64,000 nt of DNA from Bacilli bacterium. Lineage in GTDB: Bacteria; Bacillota_I; Bacilli_A; ML615J-28; CAG-313. Position 1 is the first letter of the stretch, and each line of letters begins with the position of its first letter. The translations under genes were made by a program, and so were the position numbers. Shown here one piece after another: positions 8,544 to 18,917 of this stretch. Location: positions 124,695-188,694 of the forward strand of contig CAADXH010000018.1 of the NCBI GenBank assembly GCA_900752975.1, given 5' to 3'. Below the pieces are notes generated by a model. The model was not told where the DNA came from. It did not search any database and saw only the letters and a list, made by a program, of their open reading frames with translations.

Positions 8544-10220
8544 TTATATCTTTTTCATAAGACCCAGTTGATGACGTGTAAAAAGCATGTTGTCAGGATT
8601 AATTTCTTGCTCGTCAATCTTCTTACCACATTTCGTACATCTACGTTCAGGATAAACATAAGTTACATCTCTAATCAAATCACCATCATCATTCAACTTA
8701 CCACCATCATACTTATCTGTTTCTACAGACAGTGCCATCAATTGGTCAGAAGTCAAAGACTTTAGAATGGTATCAAATGTCTTAATACGACGCTTATAAG
8801 TCAAAGACTTATCTGTTGCTACCGGCTTAGTATCAATCGGAACCAGTTCATTCTTATTATAATCAATCTTATAGATTGCATCGATATAAGACAACAATAG
8901 CAGACGATCTTCATATTTGGAATTAAACTCTTTATTTACTAAAGTAGGTTCAATGTATGTGTTATACAAAGATGGAACTTTAAGAGCAAATACATAGTCA
9001 TCAGATGCCTGATATAGGGATACTTGGTAATCAGAATTTGTAGAGTCGGTGCTACCTTCATGTAGAATCTTCATATATTCTTCCTTGATTTCATCATTTC
9101 TGAATTTAATCATAGAATGAATCGGTACAGATTCCATGAATACATTATTACACTTATCATCGGAGCAAGAGAATGTAATAATATTTGTCAATCCGAATGT
9201 AGCCTTATATGCAGTAAACATATAATCATCGATAACTGTATTTGGAGTAATCATTGCCCATGCTTCAAATGTCTTTGGTTTATTGGCATCTACAATGTGC
9301 TCATAAATAAGCTTCAACTTATTTTCAATATACTTATTATAGTTTCCAGATCTCAATCTAGATGGGTCAATCGATTGGATTTCCATCGGCTTCCATGCAG
9401 ACATTCTTACTGCACGCTTTTGAGCATATAGAACACCATCAGCACATTCAATTGCCTTTGCCTTAATATCATTAATAACCTTAGCTGCATTGATTGGCTT
9501 CTTAGAAATTGTAAACTTACCAAAGTTAATCTTCTTATCCACAGGAACAAAGTTCTTATTCACTTCTTCGCGGATAATACTCTTGATTGCTTCAGTCTTA
9601 GCCTTCTCATCTTCATCTTCCTTTGAATCAGTGTCTTCATCAGAAGAATCCTCATCTAAATATTTGAGGTCTTCATCATCAATACCATCAAACAAATGTT
9701 CATCTTCTTCATCATATACAGAATCATCTTGTACCATTACAATGTTTTCTTTCTTAGTACCAGCAGCTGGTGCAGAAACTTCTACAGTCTTTTCAATAAC
9801 AACAGGTTTTTCTTCAACCTGACGTTCTACAACAACATCTTGTTTCGGCTGTTCTACATAGTCATCAAACTTATGAACAACGACAGTATTAGATGTGCTT
9901 GCATCTAAATCCATATCATCAACATTTGTTGTATCGGAATTAATTGCTTCTTCAATTCTTTGTTCTACACCCTTTTGATAAGTGTCATTCGTTTCATTCT
10001 GAATTCGATTAATAGATTCTTCTACACCAAGAAAAGCCTGGTCTAACATTGGATTACCAGTTCCTTCTACAACCTTCGGCTTAGATGGTTGTACAACCTC
10101 ATTTAAATTAGCTTCCTTTACAGAAGATGCATCCATTTTTGGTCTGACTGGCATTCCTACCGGAGTAGCAGTAGGGATTGCTCCATTTGCAAGATCAGAC
10201 AAAGTTACATTTTCATTCAT
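8544..10220 (-). CDS. hypothetical protein with an acidic D/E-rich central region
   Basis: SD AAGGAGGAAAC; 558 aa. Confidence 0.6.
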   Translation of the reverse strand: MNENVTLSDLANGAIPTATPVGMPVRPKMDASSVKEANLNEVVQPSKPKVVEGTGNPMLDQAFLGVEESINRIQNETNDTYQKGVEQRIEEAINSDTTNVDDMDLDASTSNTVVVHKFDDYVEQPKQDVVVERQVEEKPVVIEKTVEVSAPAAGTKKENIVMVQDDSVYDEEDEHLFDGIDDEDLKYLDEDSSDEDTDSKEDEDEKAKTEAIKSIIREEVNKNFVPVDKKINFGKFTISKKPINAAKVINDIKAKAIECADGVLYAQKRAVRMSAWKPMEIQSIDPSRLRSGNYNKYIENKLKLIYEHIVDANKPKTFEAWAMITPNTVIDDYMFTAYKATFGLTNIITFSCSDDKCNNVFMESVPIHSMIKFRNDEIKEEYMKILHEGSTDSTNSDYQVSLYQASDDYVFALKVPSLYNTYIEPTLVNKEFNSKYEDRLLLLSYIDAIYKIDYNKNELVPIDTKPVATDKSLTYKRRIKTFDTILKSLTSDQLMALSVETDKYDGGKLNDDGDLIRDVTYVYPERRCTKCGKKIDEQEINPDNMLFTRHQLGLMKKI

Positions 10221-10233
10221 GTTTGTTTCCTCC

Positions 10234-10647
10234 TTATTTGAAATCAGCTAGGGTTGCTGTTTTTTGTAATACTTCACCTGTTTCTACATTAATTGGTAAG
10301 TATGCATTTAGCTCTTCTGAAGTAATATAAATCTTAATAACCTTTTGGTCTTCTTCATCACCTAGAATACATCTTACATCAGTTAATGTAAACTGTGGTA
10401 GATAAGTCATAATCTGTTCTTTAATAGAAGCAGCTAGTTTTACCATATCTACACCTGTTGAATATCGAAATCTGGAAACCAAACCAACACCCATTCCTGG
10501 ATGTGTTTGAAATGTACCAGGTTCTAAGAGAATCAATCTAATAAGCATCAATGTAGCATAGTTTTCACCTTTTGCAACAAGAGGCTTATAATATTTGTCT
10601 ACAGATAATAAAGGTTCTGTATTATCTACTTCAATAGATGCTGCCAC
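10234..10647 (-). CDS. hypothetical protein (GTG start)
   Basis: SD AAAGGAGG lies 9 nt before the GTG at 10645-10647. Confidence 0.5.
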   Translation of the reverse strand: MAASIEVDNTEPLLSVDKYYKPLVAKGENYATLMLIRLILLEPGTFQTHPGMGVGLVSRFRYSTGVDMVKLAASIKEQIMTYLPQFTLTDVRCILGDEEDQKVIKIYITSEELNAYLPINVETGEVLQKTATLADFK

Positions 10648-10700
10648 TATAATTGACCTCCTTTAAATATTTTTATAATATTGTTTCTGATATAAAAAAT

Positions 10701-10733
10701 AAACCAAAAAAGAAACCCTGGAAAATTCCAGGG
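10701..10733 (-). terminator. rho-independent terminator
   Basis: CCCTGG-AAAATT-CCAGGG hairpin followed by a T-run on the minus strand, downstream of 10767-11120. Confidence 0.6.
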
Positions 10734-10766
10734 TCCCTTCTTCAGGCGATTGAAATGCTATAAGTA

Positions 10767-11120
10767 TTACTTATAGCATATATCAACCACTGCGTTAATA
10801 GCGGATTCTTTCGAATCAGCATATCCGATTCCGTTTTCAATTGTAACCCCTTCAAACTTCATGGTATCATCGAAGTCAAAGGAATTATTAATCGACGGAA
10901 CAGACATGATACAATAACCATGTCTACTGTTCTTGTAAATATAAAAGGGTATACCAAACTCCATACAGAAATAGAGGAGTTCGGGTCTATACCCCAAATT
11001 GCAAAATGCATAGAAACCTCCATTGGATTCCAAGGCATGGTTCTTTGCCGTATCAATCCGATTTCTTTCCCAGTTTCTGGTTGCATTAAATCTCCGCCGT
11101 ACATTCATTGTTGCCATCAT
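10767..11120 (-). CDS. hypothetical protein
   Basis: SD AAAGGAGG; 117 aa. Confidence 0.55.
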   Translation of the reverse strand: MMATMNVRRRFNATRNWERNRIDTAKNHALESNGGFYAFCNLGYRPELLYFCMEFGIPFYIYKNSRHGYCIMSVPSINNSFDFDDTMKFEGVTIENGIGYADSKESAINAVVDICYK

Positions 11121-11172
11121 TTTAAATGACCTCCTTTTTAAAAATCCTGATTATAATGTACTCATAATCACC

Positions 11173-11205
11173 TCTATAATATATGTATAAATTAGTTTTT
11201 ACCAA
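11173..11205 (+). promoter_or_regulatory. shortened copy of the recurring phage promoter-like motif
   Basis: TCTATAATATATGTATAAATTAGTTTTTACCAA versus the consensus ..TATAATTATATATAArTGAATATA..TAGTTTTACAAA. Lies ~50 nt upstream of the ATG at 11253. Confidence 0.4.
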
Positions 11206-11252
11206 TGTAAAAACTAAACTATAAACATATTCTTATTCATAGGAGGAAAATT

Positions 11253-12035
11253 ATGGGTAAACTTAAGTATACTTTCGATGATTATATTAATAATCCATCT
11301 GGTAAAGGCAGTGCTGTTTTAGCTTCTATCAATAAAGATCAGTTCGAAAAAGAACTTATGACATTAGAAGCGAACAATGCTAAGGCTACATATAAAATTT
11401 ACAAGCAAAACAAATCTGGAGGAAAGTTTACATATTATATTCATTTTCTCATTCCTTCTTCTACAAAAGGATTCTTTAATGATGTCGTTATAGAATTAAA
11501 TTCTAATCCTGACGACAATACAGTTACAAAGACTATCAAAGCTTATTATGTAAAATTCTTTTCAAATGATAGTAACTTTGTTTATACATATGCTTATTCA
11601 TTTAAATCTCACGGTGTTCTTATTACAGAACTAGAAAAGTTACTTCCTTTTAGATGTATCTCTCAAAAACCTGTGATGCGAAATCCAGATAATGCAATGG
11701 GATATAATAAAGGAATTATATATGCATATCTTATAATGGTTAGAGATGGACTGTTCAACAAAGAAACTCTCAATAGAAATTGTAAGTATGCGAATATAAC
11801 TGCTATTAGAAATACAATTCTTCCCTTCGATAAAAAGCTTCAGGAACGTAGAAAAATTGAAGAAGAATTGAAGAAAGCTGGCAAAGAGCAAAAACAAAGA
11901 TCTAGTAAGATTGTGAAGTCTAAAAATCTTCTAGGACCTGATAAAAAACAAGAACCAGCTAAAGTTTCTAAAACTGTTTCGAATGTAAAAACAACTTCTA
12001 GATCTTCAACTGCCAAAAAGGTTAAAAAGCGATAA
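11253..12035 (+). CDS. hypothetical protein with a Lys-rich basic C-terminal tail
   Basis: SD TAGGAGGAAAA. C-terminus KKAGKEQKQRSSKIVKSK...AKKVKKR. Confidence 0.6.
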   Translation: MGKLKYTFDDYINNPSGKGSAVLASINKDQFEKELMTLEANNAKATYKIYKQNKSGGKFTYYIHFLIPSSTKGFFNDVVIELNSNPDDNTVTKTIKAYYVKFFSNDSNFVYTYAYSFKSHGVLITELEKLLPFRCISQKPVMRNPDNAMGYNKGIIYAYLIMVRDGLFNKETLNRNCKYANITAIRNTILPFDKKLQERRKIEEELKKAGKEQKQRSSKIVKSKNLLGPDKKQEPAKVSKTVSNVKTTSRSSTAKKVKKR

Positions 12036-12100
12036 GGTTGTATATTATATTTGTGTATGAAGATTTCTTCATATAAAATTTAATAGGAGGCTAAGAGATA

Positions 12101-13711
12101 ATGGATATAGCAGAAATTTGTCACAGCACAAACTATTGGGTAGAAGTAGATAAATGGACACCACTTCTAGAAGATAGAATTTTTAACGAAACAAAGAATG
12201 CCATAATTCTTCCGGTATCAAAGTTTTATGGTTTAAAAGAAGATTCAATTCTTCTCGATAATTTTATATTGATACCAAAAAGATGCTATAATTCAGATGA
12301 AGTCAGAGGACACATTGTTAAGTATCTGAATTACTTTGAGAGATTTTATGACATAGAGCACGAACTACTATTTTACATCTATCGTATCAAAATCTTAATT
12401 GACATGGGTATTGATTACAAGGATGCAAATGGTAATAAAGTTCACGCTGAATATAGTCTAGAAAATTTCTTGAATGATATCAAGACATATATCTTATCTG
12501 ATAGTATTTACAAGAAAACTTGGAAGATGGTAGAAGATAACTATAGTCTTGAATTGAACTACAAGAACAAAGCAAATGAAGCTCTTCAGTATTGTGATAG
12601 ACATGGTAAGTATCTTATGGAAATTAGTATATTCCAGAATATATTGATTCCATTGTTGATGCACTTTGTTTATAAGAACAAACTGAGCACATCTACAGAT
12701 ACAGTGAACAAAATTATATTCACTGTGTATAATTGGTTGTTTGATGTCTATAAAGATTATAATGTGATGGCAAAGCGTGGATTACAACCTGCTGATATTT
12801 TTCAGAAGTTGTATGAAACTGCTATCACAACAATGAATGCACATTATAAGACAAACAAAATCTTATGGGAAATGTCTAGTATCCGAGGATTTTGTCCAAC
12901 AATCAATGCAAATGATGCAATTGATATTGTCATCATGCAGGTAATCCCGAAATATACCTTTAAAGGAAACGTCATTTCATATAACATTTCTTCTATTAGA
13001 AATAATATCAAGTATAATATTTCTGATATTGGATTTGAATATGATTTTGTTTCCTTATCTTCATCAAAAAGAGATGGTGAAGATAACACATCTCAATTTG
13101 ATAAGTTCGAAGCACATCTTCAAAAGACTGATGAAGGATTAGCACTTCAAAATGACTTTAGAGCAGAAGTTATCATGGATAAGATAACAAAACTCGAAGG
13201 TGGGGTATCTAAGAAAGAAATCGATTTCTATCGAAAAGCTCTGATAAAGAATGGACAATTCTTAGTTAATAAGTTTCAACAGAATCTCGTAAACAATATC
13301 TTTTATAAGTATTTTGGAGATACTGTTTCGATCAATAGTATTAACGCAGATGACTATATTACACTTATTGTAATTGGAAAGAGAATACTTCTTAGAAGTG
13401 GAATGAAACTATTACCGTATATTGTTTCGAGTGCAGTTGTAAAGATTTCTACGAGAACCGGTGTTTGTAAGAAAGAACTTATGAAAATCGAACAGTCAGA
13501 ATATTACTCTGCTTTGAAACGAAAGTATAATGGTAATGAGAAGATTATGAAACAGATTTTCTCACTGATTGCTACAACACTATCTAGCAGCTTTAAAATC
13601 ATCGATTATGATGAAGATAATGAAAAAGCTGGTAAGTATAATGGTAAAGATGTAGTAATGGAAAACGATATTATCATCGATGAGATGATAAGATTTATCA
13701 TTGCAATATAA
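12101..13711 (+). CDS. hypothetical protein
   Basis: SD TAGGAGGC; 536 aa. Confidence 0.6.
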   Translation: MDIAEICHSTNYWVEVDKWTPLLEDRIFNETKNAIILPVSKFYGLKEDSILLDNFILIPKRCYNSDEVRGHIVKYLNYFERFYDIEHELLFYIYRIKILIDMGIDYKDANGNKVHAEYSLENFLNDIKTYILSDSIYKKTWKMVEDNYSLELNYKNKANEALQYCDRHGKYLMEISIFQNILIPLLMHFVYKNKLSTSTDTVNKIIFTVYNWLFDVYKDYNVMAKRGLQPADIFQKLYETAITTMNAHYKTNKILWEMSSIRGFCPTINANDAIDIVIMQVIPKYTFKGNVISYNISSIRNNIKYNISDIGFEYDFVSLSSSKRDGEDNTSQFDKFEAHLQKTDEGLALQNDFRAEVIMDKITKLEGGVSKKEIDFYRKALIKNGQFLVNKFQQNLVNNIFYKYFGDTVSINSINADDYITLIVIGKRILLRSGMKLLPYIVSSAVVKISTRTGVCKKELMKIEQSEYYSALKRKYNGNEKIMKQIFSLIATTLSSSFKIIDYDEDNEKAGKYNGKDVVMENDIIIDEMIRFIIAI

Positions 13712-13774
13712 CTTAGGAGGGGATTTCGATATCCCCTTCTATTTTATAAAGAAAAATTTTATGGAGGTCTTATT

Positions 13775-14791
13775 ATGTTTAATAAGAAAAGAATCGTTAT
13801 CGGAGAAACCTATTTATTCGATGTCCTGAATGAAACAGACATGGCAAATGTTGCTACACTTGTCACCGTTGTAAAGAAAGTGGGACATGATGAATATGCT
13901 GTTATTAGTGTTAACAACAATAGTATATTTAAAGCAAAATCAAAGTATTTAACACCGTATGTTAACAAAGAAGAAGCAGTTGTTATTCGTTGTAAGTATG
14001 GTACAACTGATATTACATCTGATGATGTTTCTCTTTTAAATCATATTCGATCAATCTTATCTACGATATCTGATGAGATTTGCACAACAGATGACCCAAT
14101 CTATAACGAAAAAATCTCTAACGATATTGAAAAGATTTGTCTTCGTGTTGAAGAACTAGAAGACAAGCTCAAACCGTATGCCGAAATCTCAGAGAATATG
14201 AAAAATCTAGAAGTGATTAAGTCATACAAAGAATTTATGCAGGAGGTTACAGAGAAATATAATCAAAACTTAGCGGGTAAAATTGAAAAAGATATAACCA
14301 CTCGAGATCAAATCCTTAACAACAGTCAGTTTAAAGAGAAGTTTGATAAAATTGTAAACGACTATTGCAATGGAAAGGAAACTAAAATAATCTTTATTCA
14401 TAGAGCAATCGCTTGTGTCAAAAAATATTATCCGATCGATTTGTTAAAAAATCGTGAGAATGAACCATTAACGGAAGAAGAAATTTCTGAAGTGTCACAT
14501 ACGATAAATTCTATTGTGCAGCTTGGGAAGATTGTGTTAATTATTATTCCGAAAGAGGATGAAAAAGAAAAAATTGACGTACATGCTTATTTTAATGACC
14601 CATACGATATGCCTAGTATGCTATCTAATAATCCATACAATATGTCTAGTATGTCTGAAGAGGATATTTCTGATTTCATTCATAGCGGATTTCCTGATAT
14701 TCTTGAAGACAATTATATTCCTACATACAAATACAATGTCATTACAATTAATGAGGTTGAAATTGGAAAGGAAGACAAAGAAGATGAATAA
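13775..14791 (+). CDS. hypothetical protein
   Basis: SD TGGAGG; 338 aa. Confidence 0.55.
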   Translation: MFNKKRIVIGETYLFDVLNETDMANVATLVTVVKKVGHDEYAVISVNNNSIFKAKSKYLTPYVNKEEAVVIRCKYGTTDITSDDVSLLNHIRSILSTISDEICTTDDPIYNEKISNDIEKICLRVEELEDKLKPYAEISENMKNLEVIKSYKEFMQEVTEKYNQNLAGKIEKDITTRDQILNNSQFKEKFDKIVNDYCNGKETKIIFIHRAIACVKKYYPIDLLKNRENEPLTEEEISEVSHTINSIVQLGKIVLIIIPKEDEKEKIDVHAYFNDPYDMPSMLSNNPYNMSSMSEEDISDFIHSGFPDILEDNYIPTYKYNVITINEVEIGKEDKEDE

Positions 14792-15062
14792 TACAGATGT
14801 ATATATTCAAGACAAGTTTATCCGTACTAGACTTGCTAATATTCGCAAGTCTAAAAAACTAACACAAAAGCAACTATCAGATATGACTGGATTATCTCAA
14901 GCGACAATCAGCAATATCGAATCTGGTGATAATTCTTATACTTTAAGAAGTCTTATCAGAATTGCAGAAGCACTTGGATATGAAATAAATATTGATAAGA
15001 AAGTCGGTGAAGATAATGATACCGAAACAACAAATCAAGGAGTTTCTCTTACAATCACTTGA
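14784..15062 (+). CDS. XRE-family helix-turn-helix transcriptional regulator
   Basis: KKLTQKQLSDMTGLSQATISNIESGDNSYTLRSLIRIAEALG is a typical Cro/C1 HTH. ATGAATAA overlaps the upstream stop. The ORF-track N-terminal extension is hydrophobic junk. Confidence 0.7.
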   Translation: MNNTDVYIQDKFIRTRLANIRKSKKLTQKQLSDMTGLSQATISNIESGDNSYTLRSLIRIAEALGYEINIDKKVGEDNDTETTNQGVSLTIT

Positions 15063-16071
15063 TGATGCAACTATGGTATCTGGTGGTACAGAAATAGCTG
15101 CACCTTGTCCGATATGTGGAGAAAGAAGAAGAAAACTTTATATAGGTCCATTTGATTCATCAGATGAACCTATTCGATTTAATTGTTTTATCTGTAAAGC
15201 ACACGGTTTTGTAGACCAGTATTTTCTAGATACTTGTGGAATATCATCTGCTATTGATAATAGTGTATTGAAAGCAAATAGAGGTCCAGGATATGCTACG
15301 AAGACAATTTCTGATAGAGATAGACAATACAATTTAAACTATCATTATATCACACAGAATGAGTTAACTGACTTTAAGTTGGCTTATATCAATCAACGGT
15401 TAGGGACAAAGTTAACTTATAAAGATTGTGCTGATAATAAGATTGTATTGAATATCTTTGACCTTTTAAATGCAAATGGAATTTCATATTACTCAAGACC
15501 AGAACAAGCCATGCAACAATTGAATTCTTATTTCATTGGATTCTTGACTCGTAGTTGTTCGGAGGTCAATATGAGAAACCTTGTATTCAATAAACCTGAG
15601 ATAAACAATTCATTTCATGAATCAATGAGATGTAAGTATGTCAATTATAAGGTGTTTAAGAATACAGCTGAAAACGACTTCTATATTCTTCCATGTAATA
15701 TTGATACTACAAGAAAAATAAGTGTTTATATTGCAGAAGGACCAATGGATGTACTTGGTATTAAGTATAATCTAATTAAGAGTACAGATAACTGTCTATA
15801 TATTGCAGGTAGAGGTAAAGCTTATGATAATGCAATCTTGTGGGCAATTAAAAATCTTGTGACTCCTTATTTAGAGATTCATCTATTTCCAGATAAGGAT
15901 GTATCAAACTCTTATATTAGAAATATCATACTAAAGTATAAGACAGTCTTTCCAATGTATCGATTCTTCATTCACAATAATCAATATGGTCATGAAAAAG
16001 ACTATGGTGTTCCTGAATGGAAAATATCTGATTTCATGTGGGAAGAAAAAATAAACAATAATCTCGTATGA
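15016..16071 (+). CDS. DNA primase (zinc ribbon + TOPRIM)
   Basis: CPICGE...FNCFICKAHG zinc ribbon (CxxC..CxxC). TOPRIM EGPMD (YIAEGPMDVLGI) and a DxD-containing FPDKDVSN. Start inferred from GGTGA 5 nt upstream. Confidence 0.65.
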   Translation: MIPKQQIKEFLLQSLDDATMVSGGTEIAAPCPICGERRRKLYIGPFDSSDEPIRFNCFICKAHGFVDQYFLDTCGISSAIDNSVLKANRGPGYATKTISDRDRQYNLNYHYITQNELTDFKLAYINQRLGTKLTYKDCADNKIVLNIFDLLNANGISYYSRPEQAMQQLNSYFIGFLTRSCSEVNMRNLVFNKPEINNSFHESMRCKYVNYKVFKNTAENDFYILPCNIDTTRKISVYIAEGPMDVLGIKYNLIKSTDNCLYIAGRGKAYDNAILWAIKNLVTPYLEIHLFPDKDVSNSYIRNIILKYKTVFPMYRFFIHNNQYGHEKDYGVPEWKISDFMWEEKINNNLV

Positions 16072-16145
16072 TTGGGGGCTGGATTTACATCCAGCCTCTT
16101 TATTTTTTGCTCTTCAACATTAGTATAATAAAGGAGGTATATACA

Positions 16146-17339
16146 ATGGCTGGTAAGTTTATTAATAAATCGTATACAAAAACAATTGATTCTCTTACTT
16201 CTGGTATGATACAGAAGATAAAAACTGCTAACTATGTATTCAACAATAAACCTCCTGTTTTATGTGATTGGTATAATATTGATAAAGATGCCACTACATT
16301 AGATGAGGGTAGTGGATTAGAATATTCAAGTGTTGGTAAGACAAGTCCATTGAGATATAAATTGATTAAAGACGCAGTCTTTTATTCCCAAGGGATTCAA
16401 ATGGAAATTAACCTTGATTATGATGAGGAAGGTTTATCTACATCGCCACCAACAATCAGTGGTATTATTCTTCCAAACACTTGGATTCCTTATCCTGGAG
16501 ACCATTTTTCATTAAAACAGGCAGGAAAAGATTATCTATATAGAATTACTACAGTAAACTATGACACAATAGATAATGACAATAACATATATAGTTTTGA
16601 TGCAGCAATTGATCAAGCTGGTAAAAATTATATTGACAATCAAGTAACAGAAACATATAGAATGATTATCAATAATGTAGGTACAAGTTTCAAACCAATT
16701 ATAAAGGAAACTAGTTATGATTGTATTGATACTTTGGATAATATCCTAGTACAATTGAAAAATAACTTTATTGCTCTATTCTATAATGATGCAGTTCAGA
16801 CATTTACTTATGAAGGATATTATGGTAATTTGTATGATCCTTACATGATTGAGTTCTTGATACGAAATGATATCCTAAATGGTTCAAATGAATATATTTA
16901 TGTACATCATGAAGTTCCAGTTCCAAGAACATTCTCTATTGATTATGCTGATACTTTGTTCAGAGCATTAGAAACGCATTGCATTACAAAGTTCTCTTCT
17001 AATGCTTGTATTGCAAATGAGATTGATAATCAATACTCTTTATTTGCATCTGTTTTGGAAAGTTACTTTATGATTAATTATAATGGAAATGGATTATATA
17101 AATTCAATCCAATTAATTCTGAACTAATTTCTAGAGTCAAGACAAACGAAGAATTTGATGAATATGATGAGAATGCGTATATGAATATTATTATAAGATA
17201 TATGAATGACTCTAAGATAGATTCTTCTATTATACCATTATTAGAGTCTATTAACTTCAAACCTACAGTAGATTTATTCTACTGTATCCCTATGATTATT
17301 TTTTGTTTAGAGAATAGCATCAAAAAATTGATGAGTTAA
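16146..17339 (+). CDS. hypothetical protein
   Basis: Strong SD AAGGAGGT before MAGKFINKSY... Confidence 0.6.
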   Translation: MAGKFINKSYTKTIDSLTSGMIQKIKTANYVFNNKPPVLCDWYNIDKDATTLDEGSGLEYSSVGKTSPLRYKLIKDAVFYSQGIQMEINLDYDEEGLSTSPPTISGIILPNTWIPYPGDHFSLKQAGKDYLYRITTVNYDTIDNDNNIYSFDAAIDQAGKNYIDNQVTETYRMIINNVGTSFKPIIKETSYDCIDTLDNILVQLKNNFIALFYNDAVQTFTYEGYYGNLYDPYMIEFLIRNDILNGSNEYIYVHHEVPVPRTFSIDYADTLFRALETHCITKFSSNACIANEIDNQYSLFASVLESYFMINYNGNGLYKFNPINSELISRVKTNEEFDEYDENAYMNIIIRYMNDSKIDSSIIPLLESINFKPTVDLFYCIPMIIFCLENSIKKLMS

Positions 17340-17373
17340 CATACCAATAAAGTCTATAAAGGAGGGTATGTAT

Positions 17374-17871
17374 ATGTCTGAAGAACTTAAAAATATAGTT
17401 ACACCAGATGATTTAATGGAAGAGTTTGTTACAGACATGGTTGTTGCTGATGATGAACTATCCGATTCTATTTTTACTTGTGTTGATAATTATATTGATG
17501 ACCTCTGCATCGAAATAATGAATGATGAAAAGAGTGTATTTGAAACTGATACAGATGTAGATACACCATTTACATACATCTTAGATAAAGTAATGGAAAA
17601 AGTAGATACAATTGATCAAATTCAATCAGATTCTTATCTTTCTGTAATTAATAAGCAATTTAATAACCCAGATGATGATAAGAATACAGATGACCCCGAT
17701 TATTGTGATGGTGTAGATTTATCGGAAATCACACCAGAAGATTTCCAAGTTTATATTCCGAAAATTGAGCACGATGGCGATTATGAAAATCATTCTGATG
17801 AACAAGAAGCTTCATTAGAAAGATATTTTGATTATGATCAAACTTTTGAAGATTCTATATTCAATGCGTAA
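17374..17871 (+). CDS. acidic hypothetical protein
   Basis: SD AAGGAGGG; D/E-rich. Confidence 0.55.
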   Translation: MSEELKNIVTPDDLMEEFVTDMVVADDELSDSIFTCVDNYIDDLCIEIMNDEKSVFETDTDVDTPFTYILDKVMEKVDTIDQIQSDSYLSVINKQFNNPDDDKNTDDPDYCDGVDLSEITPEDFQVYIPKIEHDGDYENHSDEQEASLERYFDYDQTFEDSIFNA

Positions 17872-17883
17872 GGAGGTATATAC

Positions 17884-18264
17884 ATGTTCCGTGATGTAAC
17901 TGTTGATGAAATCATTACAGATGTTATGGATGCTGGTAGAGATTTGATGGTTGAAAATGCTGTCGATGAGTATCTATTAGCCGAAAGAGATATTATGACT
18001 GAAGCTACTACAACTGCCGATAAAATGGTTGATCTTTCTGTTGATGCAGGCTATGATGATGAATCTCAATATCTCGAAGATGATGAAGAAATCAATGCTT
18101 TGCTTGATGAAGAAATTATTGAAGATATTGATGGTGAAGAAGATATTTTCCAAGATACAATCGATGAACTAAATGAAGACGAAGATATGATTGAAGATAT
18201 CGAAGATATTCTTTGTCCTTATGATGATTTAGATGCATTGATTGATGGAGAATCTATTGATTAA
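17884..18264 (+). CDS. highly acidic hypothetical protein (about 40% Asp/Glu)
   Basis: SD AAGGAGGT; sequence such as ..DEEINALLDEEIIEDIDGEEDIFQDTIDELNEDEDMIEDIEDI.. Confidence 0.6.
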   Translation: MFRDVTVDEIITDVMDAGRDLMVENAVDEYLLAERDIMTEATTTADKMVDLSVDAGYDDESQYLEDDEEINALLDEEIIEDIDGEEDIFQDTIDELNEDEDMIEDIEDILCPYDDLDALIDGESID

Positions 18265-18276
18265 GGAGGTAATATA

Positions 18277-18720
18277 ATGATTACAAAATATATGTGTACA
18301 GTAGAAACTAAGAATTATCCAGTTACGACAATTGCTCCAATGATTCAAAGATATTCTTCTTGTAAGAAAAAATATAATGCTTCTGAAATTGCAAATTGCT
18401 TAGCAGCTTATGCCACAGTAACTTTACATAAGAAGAGTGGTGCTAATGTAAGACTGACAAGAGATAACTTTAAGTCTATCTTACTAGCATATAAGAATGA
18501 ACTAGAAGGATATGAACTGAGAGCAAAGTTCAATCAACAGGTTGAAGAAAATAAAGAAGCAATTGAAGAAATGAAAAAAGAAACGGTTACAATCAAAGAA
18601 CCTACTACTGAAGAAAAAGTTGATCAAGAAACTGTTCTTTCTGAATCTCTAGAAGAATTCCAGGAAGACCCTGAAAATCCTGAGATTGAAGATTATTCTT
18701 ACATCGACACTGAAGAATAA
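18277..18720 (+). CDS. hypothetical protein
   Basis: SD AAGGAGGT; 147 aa. Confidence 0.55.
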   Translation: MITKYMCTVETKNYPVTTIAPMIQRYSSCKKKYNASEIANCLAAYATVTLHKKSGANVRLTRDNFKSILLAYKNELEGYELRAKFNQQVEENKEAIEEMKKETVTIKEPTTEEKVDQETVLSESLEEFQEDPENPEIEDYSYIDTEE

Positions 18721-18729
18721 AAAATAACG

Positions 18730-18765
18730 CCGGTAGGTTATCAAACCTACCGGAATTATTTTCTT
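18730..18765 (+). terminator. rho-independent terminator
   Basis: CCGGTAGGTT-loop-AACCTACCGG hairpin followed by a T-rich run. Confidence 0.7.
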
Positions 18766-18917
18766 AAATCTAATTCTAGATTTTTTAATTTTTCATTAAT
18801 CTAGAATTCCGCCGATGAATCCGTCACCCATGAGTTTCACCTACTTTGTTTATCATTTCCCTTCCTCCTTTCTGACTGATAGAATTTTTTATTCTATCAC
18901 TTTTATAATATGTAATT

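Noticed and set aside
14559-14783. N-terminal 75-aa extension of the HTH regulator ORF
   Set aside because: It is hydrophobic AT-rich read-through overlapping gene 13775-14791. The SD-supported start is the ATG at 14784.
18721-18917. Possible tRNA or other RNA gene in longer intergenic regions (also 37863-38107, 53823-54002, 56700-56941)
   Set aside because: No cloverleaf-compatible GC-rich stems or T-loop GTTCGA-like motif was recognisable. These regions instead contain terminator hairpins and promoter-like AT-rich motifs. A tRNAscan-SE run would be needed to exclude tRNAs definitively.
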